The notes: generated by a model from the sequence alone, not told the origin. A stretch of DNA of 64,000 bases from an uncultured Gammaproteobacteria bacterium (GCA_963748215.1 CAVVHS010000006.1:288001-352000), one strand, 5' to 3'; shown: positions 51,120 to 62,405, numbered from the stretch's first letter. Translations and numbers: made by a program.

Positions 51120-51590
51120 TTACCTGGCTGAGGGATCGAGCTGGTCAGGGCGCAGGCGGGTGGTGAAGAATTCATCGGCGTCCTCGATCGGCACCATTTT
51201 ACCGGCCGCGTTCACCAGCGGCAGTTCGTAGTCGTTCCAGCCACGCAGTCCCGTCTTCATCGAGCTGACCTTGCGGTAACCGAGCAGTTGCATGGTATGG
51301 GCTGCGAGCGCGCTGCGATTGCCGGAACGGCACACCACCACCACATCCAGATCCCGCGCCTCGACCAGGCCCCGGATGGTGTCCTCGTAATTGTATTCGC
51401 ACGCCGCTTCGAGTATGCCGCGCGGGACATGCAGCGATTCCTCGATGTGCATAGCGGCGAACTCGTCCGCCTCGCGCACATCGAGGATCAGCGGCCTGCT
51501 GCCACCGCCAAGCAGGTCGGCGACATCCCAGGGGTAGACCTCGGTGATATCCGGCAGACAGGCGGCGATCAGGTCGGTAAAACGCTTCAA
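51120..51590 (-). CDS. Rhodanese-domain sulfurtransferase
   Basis: ILDVRE..EF, HVPRGILE, active-site loop CRSGNRS, GLRGW. Confidence 0.9.
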   Translation of the reverse strand: MKRFTDLIAACLPDITEVYPWDVADLLGGGSRPLILDVREADEFAAMHIEESLHVPRGILEAACEYNYEDTIRGLVEARDLDVVVVCRSGNRSALAAHTMQLLGYRKVSSMKTGLRGWNDYELPLVNAAGKMVPIEDADEFFTTRLRPDQLDPSAR

Positions 51591-51602
51591 GAAATTACCT
51601 GC

Positions 51603-52277
51603 TCAGCTGCTATCTTCGCTGTCGTGGTTGCGTCCTGTGCGCATGCCCTGTTCGACTGCGATGACCGCGGCCTCGACCCGCGAGTGCACACCGAGCTTGC
51701 GCAGGATGGACTTGACGTGCAGCTTGACCGTACCGTCCGAAATACCGAGGTTGCGTGCGATGACCTTGTTGCTCTGGCCTTCGGCCAGCAGTGCCAGTAT
51801 CTCTGACTCGCGTGGCGTCAGCTTGGCGAACGGGCTTTCGTCGGGCGGGCTGATGCTTTCGCCCTGCACCACGCGGGCCAGTACCGGCGCCAGGTCGGGC
51901 GCCACCACCGTCTTGCCGGCCACGATGTCACGCAATGCCAGCACCAGCTGGTCGGGTTCCATGTCCTTCAGCAGGTAGCCCTGCGCACCGCTGCGCAGCG
52001 ATTCGACCAGGTCGCGCTCGTCGCTGCTGGTGGTGAGCATGGCAACCGGGTTCTTGAAGCCGCTCTTGCGCAGCTGGCGCAGCACCTCCATGCCATCCAT
52101 TTCCGGCATGCGCATGTCAAGCAGCACGACATCTGGCTTGAGCTCGTTGGCCAGGCGCAGTCCTTCCTGGCCGCTGCCGACTGCCGCGAGTATGTTGATA
52201 TTGCGCCGGCTCAGCAGGCCCTCGAGGCCCTCGCGAAACAGGGTGTGATCGTCGACCAGCAGTATATTAAGGCTCAT
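51603..52277 (-). CDS. NarL/LuxR-family response regulator
   Basis: LVDDHTLFREG, DMRMP, LTPRE...SNKVIAR.L.ISDGTVKLHV. Confidence 0.93.
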   Translation of the reverse strand: MSLNILLVDDHTLFREGLEGLLSRRNINILAAVGSGQEGLRLANELKPDVVLLDMRMPEMDGMEVLRQLRKSGFKNPVAMLTTSSDERDLVESLRSGAQGYLLKDMEPDQLVLALRDIVAGKTVVAPDLAPVLARVVQGESISPPDESPFAKLTPRESEILALLAEGQSNKVIARNLGISDGTVKLHVKSILRKLGVHSRVEAAVIAVEQGMRTGRNHDSEDSS

Positions 52278-53830
52278 GATTTCGTACCGCCCGGCGTTGG
52301 ATTCCTGATTTCAAGGGTGACGCGCGTTCCTTCACCGGGTTCACTTTCGATGCGCAGGTCGCCGCCGATCTTGCTGGCGCGCTCGCGCATGATAGTCAGG
52401 CCGACGTGTTCGCCCGGCGATCCGTATACCTGCTTGTTGATACCGATACCGTCATCCTCGATCAGGATATGGCAGAACTCGGTGTTGGCCCCACGGAGCA
52501 GTATACGCACGGTCTTGGCCTGGCTGTGCTTGCGTATGTTCCACAACGCCTCCTGTATTATACGCAGGATCTGCGTCTCGGTGTCCCTCGGAAAGGTACT
52601 GGCTGAACAGTCTTTCTGGATATAGGTCCGGATACGGGTCTCGTTGCGGAACTGGCTGACCATCTGCTCGATGGCCTCGACCAGGCCACGCTGGTAGGCC
52701 GGTGCGCGGAAGTTCGCGATCAGGCCGCGCAGCTCGGTATTGGCCTCGTCGAGACTGTTCTCGATCCGCTCGAGCTGTTGCCAGGTGGTGGATTCGTCGC
52801 CCTGGTGCAGGGTTTCGTCCAGCACGCGCACCTGGAAACGCAGACTGGCCAGCGTTTGCGCCAGCGAATCGTGCAGCTCGTGGGCAATACGTATGCGTTC
52901 CTCCCTGATCAGGTGCGCACGGTTCTCCTCGTCGTTGTAATACCGCTCGATGGCGACGCTGAGGTGGTGTGCCACACTGGTCAGCAGGGGCTTGATAGCC
53001 TCGGCCTGCTCGAGTAACTCCGTATCGAGGAACAGGTTGATCACACCGGTGATCCTGCCGCGATAGCGCATGGGGACCGAGACCAGCCCGATGCCTTCCT
53101 GTTCGAACAGGCGGCGGCCGGCGATTCGCTCGCACTTGTCGAGGTTCTGTTCGATCCAGATCTTGCCCTCGGTCGCGGCGCGTTCGTACAGGCAACGCCT
53201 GAATTCGTGCCGGTTGGGCAGCAGCAGATCATCGTCGATACCACTGCTGGCGCCGAGTTCGGTCTGTTGCTGGTTATGATCGACCCAGATGGCCGCGCCA
53301 TGCGCGCGCGTGATGCGCTTGACCGTGTACATAAAGCGCGTCAGCAGGTCATCGAGACTGTGTGCGGTATTGATGCTCGACACCACATCGTAGAGGATCT
53401 TGAGCGAGTCGGCCTCGAGGTCTGCCTTGTCCAGGGGGACGGGCTGCCGGCTGTTATCGGACGAGGTCATGCGTTTGCCGATGATATTCAGGTCTTCCGC
53501 CAGTTCGCTGAAGACGCGATCGGGCGGCGCGACAATCGGATCGGTATGCCGTCCGTCGCGCAGGCTCGCGGCCCAGGCCCTGATTTCGCGCAGCGGGTTG
53601 AGCAGGTTGTTTTGCACCAGCGTGGCGATCGACAGTATCAGCAGGAACCCCGATGCCGCCAGCATCGCGGCGAGCAGCATCCTGTTCTGGCCTTTCTCGA
53701 GCAACGGCAAGTCGATACTGAAGCAACCCACGGCTGCCGCGAGTATCAGCAGCAATAGCGCCAGGCGTGCGAACAGGCGGCGGCGTAACGTCGTGTCCTT
53801 GCCAGGGCCATGCGGGGTTCGCCTGTTCAT
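52274..53830 (-). CDS. NarX-like sensor kinase (HAMP, GAF, HisKA_3)
   Basis: Two TMs with a short loop, GAF domain, ERIRIAHELHDSLAQ, QEALWNIRKHS, DDGIG, HVGLTIMRERA. Confidence 0.9.
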   Translation of the reverse strand: MNRRTPHGPGKDTTLRRRLFARLALLLLILAAAVGCFSIDLPLLEKGQNRMLLAAMLAASGFLLILSIATLVQNNLLNPLREIRAWAASLRDGRHTDPIVAPPDRVFSELAEDLNIIGKRMTSSDNSRQPVPLDKADLEADSLKILYDVVSSINTAHSLDDLLTRFMYTVKRITRAHGAAIWVDHNQQQTELGASSGIDDDLLLPNRHEFRRCLYERAATEGKIWIEQNLDKCERIAGRRLFEQEGIGLVSVPMRYRGRITGVINLFLDTELLEQAEAIKPLLTSVAHHLSVAIERYYNDEENRAHLIREERIRIAHELHDSLAQTLASLRFQVRVLDETLHQGDESTTWQQLERIENSLDEANTELRGLIANFRAPAYQRGLVEAIEQMVSQFRNETRIRTYIQKDCSASTFPRDTETQILRIIQEALWNIRKHSQAKTVRILLRGANTEFCHILIEDDGIGINKQVYGSPGEHVGLTIMRERASKIGGDLRIESEPGEGTRVTLEIRNPTPGGTKS

Positions 53831-53872
53831 CCTGCGCTACGGGTGCGGCATACGGCAGGCAGGCGGCCCTGC

Positions 53873-54187
53873 CTATTTGCCGGGCCTGATGTAATTGACA
53901 TCATTCGGATTCAGGAAGATCAATTGCCAGCTGTCCGGTTCGATTTCCACGTAATCCACCGTCATGCCGTCAACCAGGATCTGGCTGGATTCGCCTATGA
54001 CGATATCGATGTCCTCGACACTGAGCCGGTGATCGCCATCCAGCCGGTTGTCGTCGAATCCCAGGCCGTAGTGAATGCTGCCGTCCGGATCGCGGCGAGC
54101 GGCGATGCGCAGCGCAAGGCCTTGCATATTGCCCTCCGCTGCGGCGGCGCGGATCTGTTCGGCGGCAGCCGGGGTGATGGTAATCAT
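53873..54187 (-). CDS. dsrR: Cys-less IscA-like protein DsrR
   Basis: MITITPAAA...LRIAA...YGLGFD...DYVE...IFLNPND, no Cys; directly after dsrN. Confidence 0.85.
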   Translation of the reverse strand: MITITPAAAEQIRAAAAEGNMQGLALRIAARRDPDGSIHYGLGFDDNRLDGDHRLSVEDIDIVIGESSQILVDGMTVDYVEIEPDSWQLIFLNPNDVNYIRPGK

Positions 54188-54230
54188 GATAACTCCTTGA
54201 TGTAGACGGGCATTATACCCGATGCGGGAT

Positions 54231-55604
54231 TCATTTGCCGTGCCTGCGGGTGGCGCGTACGAAGCCGACGAAGCGCCTGGCCCAATGGTGCTGACCGGTA
54301 TCGCGCATGTGGCTGTAGCAGGCGACCAGATTGTTGAGGATCAGCCCGTCGTGCCGGCTGTCAATCCCGGTGCCACGCACCACCTCGTAGGCATAGTCGA
54401 GGCCGGGTGGAACGTTTTCAAGGCTGGAGTAGTGGAACTCGTGTGCGGCGATGACACCGTCCGGGTGTGGTGCCGGCCAGGGTGACTTGCCGGTCTCGAG
54501 CAGCCGGACGTAACCGCGACCCTGCGGTCGTTCGTGCATGACCACGTCGCCCGGTATGGCGCCGACCATGTCGCAGCGTGCGCCATTCCAGCTCAGGCTG
54601 CGTGCGAGGTACATCAGGCCGCCGCACTCGGCATAGACAGGCAGACCGTTTGCAATGGCGTCCCTGATCCGGGCCCGCAGGGCGCTGTTCGCCTGCAGTT
54701 CCTGCATGCGGCTTTCGGGGAAGCCGCCGCCGATGAACAGGCCGTCGATGTCCGGCAGCTGTGCGTCGCGCAGGGTATCGATCGGCACCAGCTCCGCGCC
54801 GGCGCGCTGCAGGGCATCGAGGTCGTCCGGGTAGTAGAAACCGAAGGCGGCATCGCGGGCAATGCCGATGCGAACCGTATCGCCGCCGGCTTGCGCAGGC
54901 GGTACGGGATCGAAGGCGAGCGGTGTATTACCCGCCACCGCGAGCACCCGGTCCAGGTTGACCTGGGCGGCGATCAGCCGGCTGATATGGTCGATCTTGC
55001 CGCGTGCCGCGTTATCCTCGTTGCTCGGTATCAGTCCGAGGTGGCGTTCGACGATCTCCAGCTCCGCGGCGCGGTGCACGCCGCCGAGCACCGTCAGGTC
55101 GGTGTAGTGTTCGATGACCGCCCGCAGCTTGGCCTCGTGACGGCTGCCGCCGAGCTGGTTGAGAATCACGCCGGCGATACTGACTCGGGGATCGAATGCC
55201 TGGTAGCCGAGGATCAGGGGCGCGATACCGCGCGTCATGCCGCGCGCATCGAGTACCAGCACCACCGGAGTCTGCGTCAGCGTGGCCAGTGCGGCATTGC
55301 TGTTGCTGCCGTCCAGGTCGAGGCCGTCATACAGGCCCTTGTTGCCCTCGATCAGCGCGATATCGGCATCGGCCGAATAATGACCGACCGCGGTGAGGAT
55401 CTCCGCGTGGGTCATGCAATGGAAATCCAGGTTGTGGCAGGGTCGCCCGGCCGCCTGCCCGAGCCACATCGGGTCGATGTAGTCAGGTCCCTTCTTGAAG
55501 GGTTGTACGACGAGGCCGCGTGCCGCGAGCGCTGCACACAGACCGATAGTCACGGTGGTCTTGCCGGACGATTTATGGGCTGCCGAAATCAGCAGGCGGG
55601 ACAT
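54231..55604 (-). CDS. dsrN: Siroheme amidase DsrN (CbiA-like)
   Basis: SAAHKSSGKT, FKKGPDYIDP, ERHLGL, YAECGGLMYL, AHEFHYS. Confidence 0.9.
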   Translation of the reverse strand: MSRLLISAAHKSSGKTTVTIGLCAALAARGLVVQPFKKGPDYIDPMWLGQAAGRPCHNLDFHCMTHAEILTAVGHYSADADIALIEGNKGLYDGLDLDGSNSNAALATLTQTPVVLVLDARGMTRGIAPLILGYQAFDPRVSIAGVILNQLGGSRHEAKLRAVIEHYTDLTVLGGVHRAAELEIVERHLGLIPSNEDNAARGKIDHISRLIAAQVNLDRVLAVAGNTPLAFDPVPPAQAGGDTVRIGIARDAAFGFYYPDDLDALQRAGAELVPIDTLRDAQLPDIDGLFIGGGFPESRMQELQANSALRARIRDAIANGLPVYAECGGLMYLARSLSWNGARCDMVGAIPGDVVMHERPQGRGYVRLLETGKSPWPAPHPDGVIAAHEFHYSSLENVPPGLDYAYEVVRGTGIDSRHDGLILNNLVACYSHMRDTGQHHWARRFVGFVRATRRHGK

Positions 55605-55654
55605 GTTGTCAGCAGTCCCCGGGAGTGCTCCGCGTTGCCGGTCCTGGTGACGGC

Positions 55655-56869
55655 TCAGGCAGCATCCGCGGCAGCGTGATGGGGATCCACCTGGTCGTCG
55701 GCCAGGCTGACCGGCAGGAAGCGCAGGACGCGTGTGCCCACCACGGTGGCGGCGAGTGCCAGCGCGACGCCGCCGATGCCGAGCATGAACTCGGGCAGGC
55801 TGGGTTTATAGCTCGCGACGACGCCATCAAAGAAGGAACTGCTTACCTCCTTGCCGGGGAACAGTTCCATCGGATAGGCCTGGCCGCCGATGATGATGAC
55901 GTACATCTGGGCGAGTCCGCCAACGATGACCAGCAGGCAGGCAATGCCGATCCACAGCCGTGACTTGCCGGCCGGTCCGTACAGCAGGGCGAGTGGCAGC
56001 AGGCTGCCCAGGCCGATCTGCACAAACCAGAACAGTGTGGTGTAAATGCCGCCATCGAGCAGGATGAAACGTTCCACACCGTGGTTTTCCGTGATGTAGA
56101 GGTTGGTCAGGTGGTAGGCCAGTACGAAATACAGCACGCCGGCGATAAATACACCGAGCAGGTTTTTCAGGCGGAACAGGACGGCATCGCCGAGCGGGCG
56201 TTGCGACCAGTTGTACAGGCCCATCAGCACGAGGATGAAGATCGCCAGTCCGAACGAGAACGACATGACGATGAACATGGGCGCCATGATGGCGGCATCG
56301 TAGGCCTCGCGTGCAACGAGGAAGCCGAAGATGGAGCCGGTACCGGTGGTCAGGATCAGGCGCCAGATGAACGCAGACATGCCGGCGGGCCGGGTGAAGT
56401 CGTTCATCTTGCGCTCCATCATCATCCACAGGTACACGGCGACGATCGCCATGAAGCCGGTATAGAGCATGATGTTCCAGGCAAAGATGGACTTGAAGTT
56501 GTAATAGGTCATGGCCACGATCAGCCGGTCCGGATGACCGAGGTCGAGTACCAGCACGGCCAGGCCGCCGACCAGCAGGGTAATGGCGAGCAGGCCGGAC
56601 AGGCGCGCGAGCGGCTTGTACAGGGTCTTGCCGAACACCGAGCTGATGGATGCGACATTGAGTGCGCCGGAGGCGGCGACGATCAGGAACACGGCGAACA
56701 CGTGCGGCGTGCCCCAGACGACCTGGTTGTTCATGCCGGTGACCCAGTGTCCGTTGTGTTCCATGTAATACGCGGCACCCAGGCCGGCAAGTACGAATAC
56801 GCCGATCGCGGCAACCAGCATGTAGAACGGCCGGCCGCCATCGATTTCCCTGTAATCTAGTGGTTTCAT
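55655..56869 (-). CDS. dsrP: DsrP (NrfD-family membrane subunit)
   Basis: GHWVTGM..QVVWG, LDLGHPDRL, IIGGQAYP. Confidence 0.92.
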   Translation of the reverse strand: MKPLDYREIDGGRPFYMLVAAIGVFVLAGLGAAYYMEHNGHWVTGMNNQVVWGTPHVFAVFLIVAASGALNVASISSVFGKTLYKPLARLSGLLAITLLVGGLAVLVLDLGHPDRLIVAMTYYNFKSIFAWNIMLYTGFMAIVAVYLWMMMERKMNDFTRPAGMSAFIWRLILTTGTGSIFGFLVAREAYDAAIMAPMFIVMSFSFGLAIFILVLMGLYNWSQRPLGDAVLFRLKNLLGVFIAGVLYFVLAYHLTNLYITENHGVERFILLDGGIYTTLFWFVQIGLGSLLPLALLYGPAGKSRLWIGIACLLVIVGGLAQMYVIIIGGQAYPMELFPGKEVSSSFFDGVVASYKPSLPEFMLGIGGVALALAATVVGTRVLRFLPVSLADDQVDPHHAAADAA

Positions 56870-57615
56870 CAGATCCCCCGGTAACGTACGCCGGTATTAA
56901 GCTGCAAGTCGGCACGAATCTGCTGCGAACTGTGCTGCTTCAGTGCCCTGGAAATGTCGCTGGCCGGATCGTTCAGGTCGCCGAACACCATGGCATTATG
57001 GTTTTCGGCGGTGCAGGCCTCGACGCAGGCCGGTGTGCGGCCGCTGTCGACACGATGGACACAGAAGTTACAGGACTCGACGGTGCCCTTGCCGCGTGGT
57101 GTGTCCGGCAACTGGTCTGTCAGGTCTTCGTGAATGAAGGAGCGGGCCTTGTACGGGCAGGCCATCATGCAGTAGCGACAGCCGATACAGATGTGCTTGT
57201 CGACCAGCACGATGCCATCGGCACGCTTGAACGAAGCGCCGGTCGGGCAGACATCCACGCAGGGCGGATGCTCGCAGTGCTGGCACAGCAGGGGCAGTGT
57301 CTGGGCATGACCGGTCTGCTTGTCCTTGAGCTTGACCTTGCGTATCCATTGCGCGTCGGTTTCCGGCCGGTCGAAGCCGGTCAGGCCGTGTTCGTCATTG
57401 CAGGCCGTGACGCAGTCGTCACAGCCCTCGGCGCATTTGCCGGAGTCTATCAGCATGCCCCAGCGTACCGCACTGGTGACAGCCTCTTTGGCCGGTTTTG
57501 CATGACCGATTTCGTGCAGGAACAACCCCGGTACGACGGCCATGCCGGCCGCTGCCCTGGCAGTCCCGCTGAGGAAGCGGCGACGATAGGTGTCGATGCC
57601 TGTTTCTTCACTCAT
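56869..57615 (-). CDS. dsrO: DsrO (Tat-exported FeS protein)
   Basis: RRRFL Tat motif; CQHCEHPPCVDVCP, CIGCRYCMMACPY, CNFC...PACVEAC; start at ATG 57615. Confidence 0.93.
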   Translation of the reverse strand: MSEETGIDTYRRRFLSGTARAAAGMAVVPGLFLHEIGHAKPAKEAVTSAVRWGMLIDSGKCAEGCDDCVTACNDEHGLTGFDRPETDAQWIRKVKLKDKQTGHAQTLPLLCQHCEHPPCVDVCPTGASFKRADGIVLVDKHICIGCRYCMMACPYKARSFIHEDLTDQLPDTPRGKGTVESCNFCVHRVDSGRTPACVEACTAENHNAMVFGDLNDPASDISRALKQHSSQQIRADLQLNTGVRYRGI

Positions 57616-58063
57616 GAGCAATACCCTCTCTGGCCATGACATGCGGCTGGTCGGTGCTGCCGGCAGACACGGTCTGGCGCTGGCCGGGTTTGACCGGCCG
57701 GTCTGCGTGACACTGGAAACAGTCGATATGCACTGCCGCGTAGCTGTGGCAGCTATTGCAGAAATGCTCCTCGCTGCTGACGCGGGGTGCGTCAGGCGCA
57801 TCGCTGACATGGCATTTGATGCATTCCTTCAGGCTGTGGCGGCTGCCGCGAATGCCCTCGTGCACGGTTTCATCGCGCTCGTGCAGGATGTATTTCATGT
57901 GGTTCTTGCGCATGTCCGCGGTGGGTTCCACACAACCCTGGGCTTCGCTGAAGCGCGCCTGGGCCGCGGGTATCTCCGGGAGCAGGGAATCACCGGCCCG
58001 ACCTGGCACTGCAAGGCCGGCGGTGATTGCCATTAGCAGGATGATGAGACTGTGTTTCAGCAT
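57608..58063 (-). CDS. dsrJ: DsrJ triheme cytochrome c
   Basis: CVEP..MRKNHM, CIKCH, CNSCH, CFQCH. Confidence 0.92.
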   Translation of the reverse strand: MLKHSLIILLMAITAGLAVPGRAGDSLLPEIPAAQARFSEAQGCVEPTADMRKNHMKYILHERDETVHEGIRGSRHSLKECIKCHVSDAPDAPRVSSEEHFCNSCHSYAAVHIDCFQCHADRPVKPGQRQTVSAGSTDQPHVMAREGIAHE

Positions 58064-58094
58064 GACTGTGTCGTGTCCGCCATTTTGTATCCGG

Positions 58095-60065
58095 TTAGTG
58101 ATCGCCCATGGCCATATCGATATAGCCGGTGGGGCAGACGTCCGAGCAGATATGACAGCCGATGCACTTGTCATAGTCGGTATCGACGTAGCGGCCCATG
58201 GTCGCCTGGTCCTTCTTGACACGGAAGATGGCATCCTGCGGACAGTAGATCACGCAGTTGTCGCACTCGAAGCACATGCCGCAGCTCATGCAGCGCTCGG
58301 CCTCGCTGACGGCCTGCTCGGGAGTCAGGCCGATGCCGCGTTCCTCGAAATGCCCCAGCACTTCCTCGGCACTCGGCCCCTTGGCGGAACGCTTGTTGCG
58401 CGGGGTGAACGGGAAGTGGCCAAGGAACAGGCGATCGGAGGAAATGATTTCCGAGCTGGAGCGGTCCTCGTAGTTGTGAACCGCGAACTGGGCATGATCG
58501 GTACCACGCATGTCGCCCATTTCATCCGCCTTGAACGGGGCCGGCGCATGGTTGGTCTCCTGGAGTTTCTTGAGCAGCTCGAAGTGGTGCACGTCGACCT
58601 TCGGGCGCTTCTTCTGCTCTTTCTGCTTCAGGTAGTGATCGATGCTCTCGACGGCAATGGAGGCCTGACCGATGGCGGTGGTCAGCAGGTGCGGACGGAT
58701 GATATCGCCGGCGACGAAATGGCCCTTGCGGCCCGGGACCTGGTAGAAGGCATCGGCGTCGATCAGGCCGCGGCCGTTGTCCAGGGACTCGAGCCCCTGG
58801 GACAGGTCGCCGCCCTGGCCGATGGCGGAGACGATGAGATCGCATTCGACCTCGAATTCGGTGCCTTCAACCGGGTTCGGACGTCCGTCCTTCATCTCGC
58901 ACTTGGCCATCTTCAGGGCGCAGGCGCGGCCTTCGTCATTGACTACGACTTCGATCGGCATGACACCGTTCAGGATCGTGACACCTTCGCGCAGCGCGTC
59001 CTCGACCTCGTGTTCGGTGGCGGTCATTTCCTCGCGTTCGAACAGCGAGGTCAGTGTCACCTCGGCACCCTCGCGGGCGGCCGCAAAGGCCGAGTCATGT
59101 GCGACATATCCGCCAATGACCTGTTCCGGACGGACTTCCTTGTTGATCTTGCTGATCTTGCCGAGGCGGCGTGCGACGGACACGACGTCGATGGAGGTAT
59201 CACCGCCACCCACGCAGACCACCTTGTCGGCGGTGACCTGCAGGGTGCCCTTGTTGAAGGCTTCCAGGAAGGCAACGCCGGACACGCAGTTGGGCGCGTC
59301 GCTGTTGGGTACCGGCAGTTTCCGGCCCGATCTTGCAACCCATGGCCCAGAGAATGGCGTCGAATTCCTTTTCGATCTGCTCGATGCTGATGTCCTTGCC
59401 GACGCGGGTATTCATGCGCAGTTCGATGTCGCCCATGTCGACGATGCGCTGGCATTCATGGTTGAGCACGTCGCGCGGGGTACGGTAGCCGGGGATGCCG
59501 TAGCGCATCATGCCGCCGAGTTCCTCGTGATCGTCGAAGATGGTGCTGGCATGGCCGATGACGGCGCAGCTGGTAGGCGGCTGCCATGCCGGCCGGGCCG
59601 CCGCCGATGATGGCGATCTTTTTGCCGGTGAGCTTGGCGCGCTGCCTCGAAGGTGAATTTCTTCTCGAAGGCGGAGTCGCCGATGAACTGCTCGACGGCG
59701 TTGATACCGACGAAATCCTCGACATTGTTACGGTTGCAGCCGTCTTCACACGGCGCCGGGCAGACGCGGCCCATCATGGACGGGAACGGGTTGGCGTCGG
59801 TGGAGCGGCGGAACGCATATTCTTCCATGCTCATGTCACCGGTCGGCTTCTCGATGCCGCGCACGATCTGCAGCCAGCCACGGATGTCTTCGCCGGACGG
59901 GCAGCTGCCCTGGCAGGGCGGCGTGCGGTGCACATAGGTCGGGCACTTGTGGGACGTGTCTTCATTGAAGATGTCGTCACCGATACGCGAATAGGTGTAG
60001 TCGCCATCCTTGAACCGACGGAAAGAGAGCTTGTCTTTTGCCATGTCTTCTTTTGAAGTTGCCAT
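58095..60065 (-). CDS. dsrL: DsrL NAD(P)H:acceptor oxidoreductase; about three apparent indels (~59645, ~59558, ~59330)
   Basis: PPCQGSCP, GRVCPAPC, IIGGGPAG, YGIPGYR, GGGDTSID, CMSCGMCFECDNC, CIGCHICSDVCP across four ORF fragments. Confidence 0.92.
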
Positions 60066-60115
60066 GCCTGTTCTCCTGTTATCTGATCAGGTGTTACCTG
60101 AGCAAAACTCAAAAA

Positions 60116-61606
60116 TTACTGTTTGTTGCCGAGCACGATCGCGTTGCTGACCAGCTGGTGCACGCTGACGATGCTGTCCATCTTGAAGCCGTAGTAGGGC
60201 AGGACCTTGGCGAACTGGCTCTTGCAGATGGCACAGATTGCGGCCATGTGGGTCACGCCATGGTTTTCGACCACGTGCTTCAGGGCCTCCATGCGCGGCA
60301 GGGCGCCCTTGACGCGCAGTTCCATCAGGTCGTCGGTCAGCAGGCCGCCGCCACCGCCACAGCAGAAGGTGGCGTCGTGGATGGTGTCCTGCGGCATGTC
60401 GTAAAAGTGATTGCAGCTGGCCTTGATCACCTCGCGCGGCATGATGAACTGCCCGCCCGGCATCGGCCCCATGCGCGAGGCACGGGCGACGTTGCAGGAG
60501 TCGTGATAGGTCAGCACCATATCGTCATTGGCCGACTTGTCCAGCGTGATCGCGTTGCGCTGGATCAGGTCATAGGTGAATTCCAGATGTGCTGCGGTAC
60601 CGGGTATTTCGGATCGAGGAAATCGAACGGCCCGGCCAGGGTGTTCAGGAAGCTGTAGGCAACACGCCAGGCATGACCGCATTCACCGAAGACGATGCGC
60701 TTTACACCGAGATCGAGCGCGGCCTCGCGGATGCGCAGCGACACCTTGCGCATGTTCTCGTAGCTGCCGATGAACATGCCGAAGTTGGCGGCCTCGCTGG
60801 CATGCGAACTCAGCGTCCAGCTGATGCCGGCCTCGTGGAATACCTTGGCGTAGCCCATCAGGCCGTCGACGTGCGGCTCGGCGAAGAAGTCCGCCGACGG
60901 GGTCACCAGCAGTATGTCGGCGCCTTTCTCGTCCAGCGGCAGGCGCACCTTGACGCCGGTGTCGTCCTCGACGTCCTCTTCCAGGCCTTCCAGGGTGTCT
61001 GCCAGGGCCGGTTCCGGCAGGCCGAGGTTGTTGCCGATCTTGTAGACCTTGCCGATGATTTCGTTGCAGTACTTCTGGCCGACACCGACGGAATCCATGA
61101 TCTCGCGCGCTGCCATGGAGATTTCGGCGGTGTCGATGCCGTAGGGGCAGAACACCGAGCAGCGCCGGCACTGCGAACACTGGTGGAAGTAGCTGTACCA
61201 GTCGTCCAGCACTTCCTTGGTCAGGTCGGTCGCGCCAACCAGCTTGGGAAAATACTTGCCGGCGAAGGTGAAGTAACGGCGATAGACCTTGCGCAACAGA
61301 TCCTGGCGCGCAACCGGCATGTTTTTCGGATCGGTGGTGCCGAGGTAGTAGTGGCACTTGTCGGTGCAGGCGCCGCACTTGACGCAGGAGTCCAGGAATA
61401 CCTGCAGCGAGCGGTATTTGCCGTAGCAGCTCTTCCATCTTGTCGATGGCGACCTGCTGCCAGTTGTCGACCAGCTCGCCCGGGAAGCCCAGCTGCTGCT
61501 GGAACTCTTCCTTCGCCACAAACGGCTTGCTGTGCGCCATCACCCCTTCGTGAAGGGTCGGGATGACGGGATATTCTTTCAGCTCCGGTACTTCGAAATC
61601 AGCCAC
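60116..61606 (-). CDS. dsrK: DsrK; two apparent indels (~61425, ~60588)
   Basis: CVKCGACTDKCHY, CSQCRRCSVFCP, GECGHAWR, YHDSCN, CCGGGGG, CAICK. Confidence 0.93.
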
Positions 61607-61639
61607 GCTCTGCTCCTGGTACGATCGTTATGCCGGTGG

Positions 61640-62368
61640 TTATTTCTCGAGTTCTGCCGCCCACGGTGCCAGGTGGCGCTGTTCGCGCGGGTTGTCCACC
61701 TGGTTGCGCGTCGGGCTGAAGAATACACCCGGTGCATGCAGCAGTTTGCTGATCGGGAAGATGATCATCAGCGTGGCGACCAGCCCGAGATGCACCAGCA
61801 ACAGCGGATCTTCGGGAATGGGCTGCCAGTTGAAATACATCAGGCCCAGGAAAAAGGCCTTGAGCGACACGATGTCGGTGTGCGAAATGTAATCCATGCT
61901 CAATCCGGTCAGTGCAATACCCATCAGCAGTGCCAGCATCAGGTGATCGGACAGGGCGGAGATATAGCGCACCCGGTCCACCAGCACGCGGCGCGCCCAC
62001 AGGCCGGCCAGTCCGGCGACCATGGCGAAGGCGGCATACAGGCCGAACGGCTGGATGAGCTCGACCCAGGTCCAGACCGGGTTGGTGAAATAACGCAGGT
62101 GGCGTGCCAGCACCAGGAACATGCCGAAGTGAAACAGGTAGCCGAAAATCCAGATCCACTTGTTGGAACGGAACAGGCTCTCGAAGAACGCCACTTCCCG
62201 GAACATGCGCAGCACGACGCCCTGGCGCGTGACCGGTGCCGGGGTGGTCGGAATCTTCAAGGGTGCCGGTGTTTTTGCATACTTGCTGATCCTGTAGGCC
62301 AGGCCGCCGATCAGCAGGGCGGTGGCAACATAGAACAGAAGTGCATACACAATGGTCCAGAACGGCAT
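61640..62368 (-). CDS. dsrM: DsrM (NarI-like diheme b subunit)
   Basis: PAPLKIPTTPAP, FHFGM...RHLRY, VHL...SKLLHAPG. Confidence 0.95.
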   Translation of the reverse strand: MPFWTIVYALLFYVATALLIGGLAYRISKYAKTPAPLKIPTTPAPVTRQGVVLRMFREVAFFESLFRSNKWIWIFGYLFHFGMFLVLARHLRYFTNPVWTWVELIQPFGLYAAFAMVAGLAGLWARRVLVDRVRYISALSDHLMLALLMGIALTGLSMDYISHTDIVSLKAFFLGLMYFNWQPIPEDPLLLVHLGLVATLMIIFPISKLLHAPGVFFSPTRNQVDNPREQRHLAPWAAELEK

Positions 62369-62405
62369 GCTACCTGGCTCCTGTTAGGGTTGTAAGATTC
62401 AGAAG

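Noticed and set aside
54231-55604. Cobalamin biosynthesis gene cbiA/cobB
   Set aside because: Its position between dsrP and dsrR identifies it as dsrN; no other cob genes are present.
58095-61606. Programmed frameshifting or naturally split dsrL/dsrK
   Set aside because: No slippery motifs; breaks fall inside conserved motifs and similar indels occur in unrelated genes.
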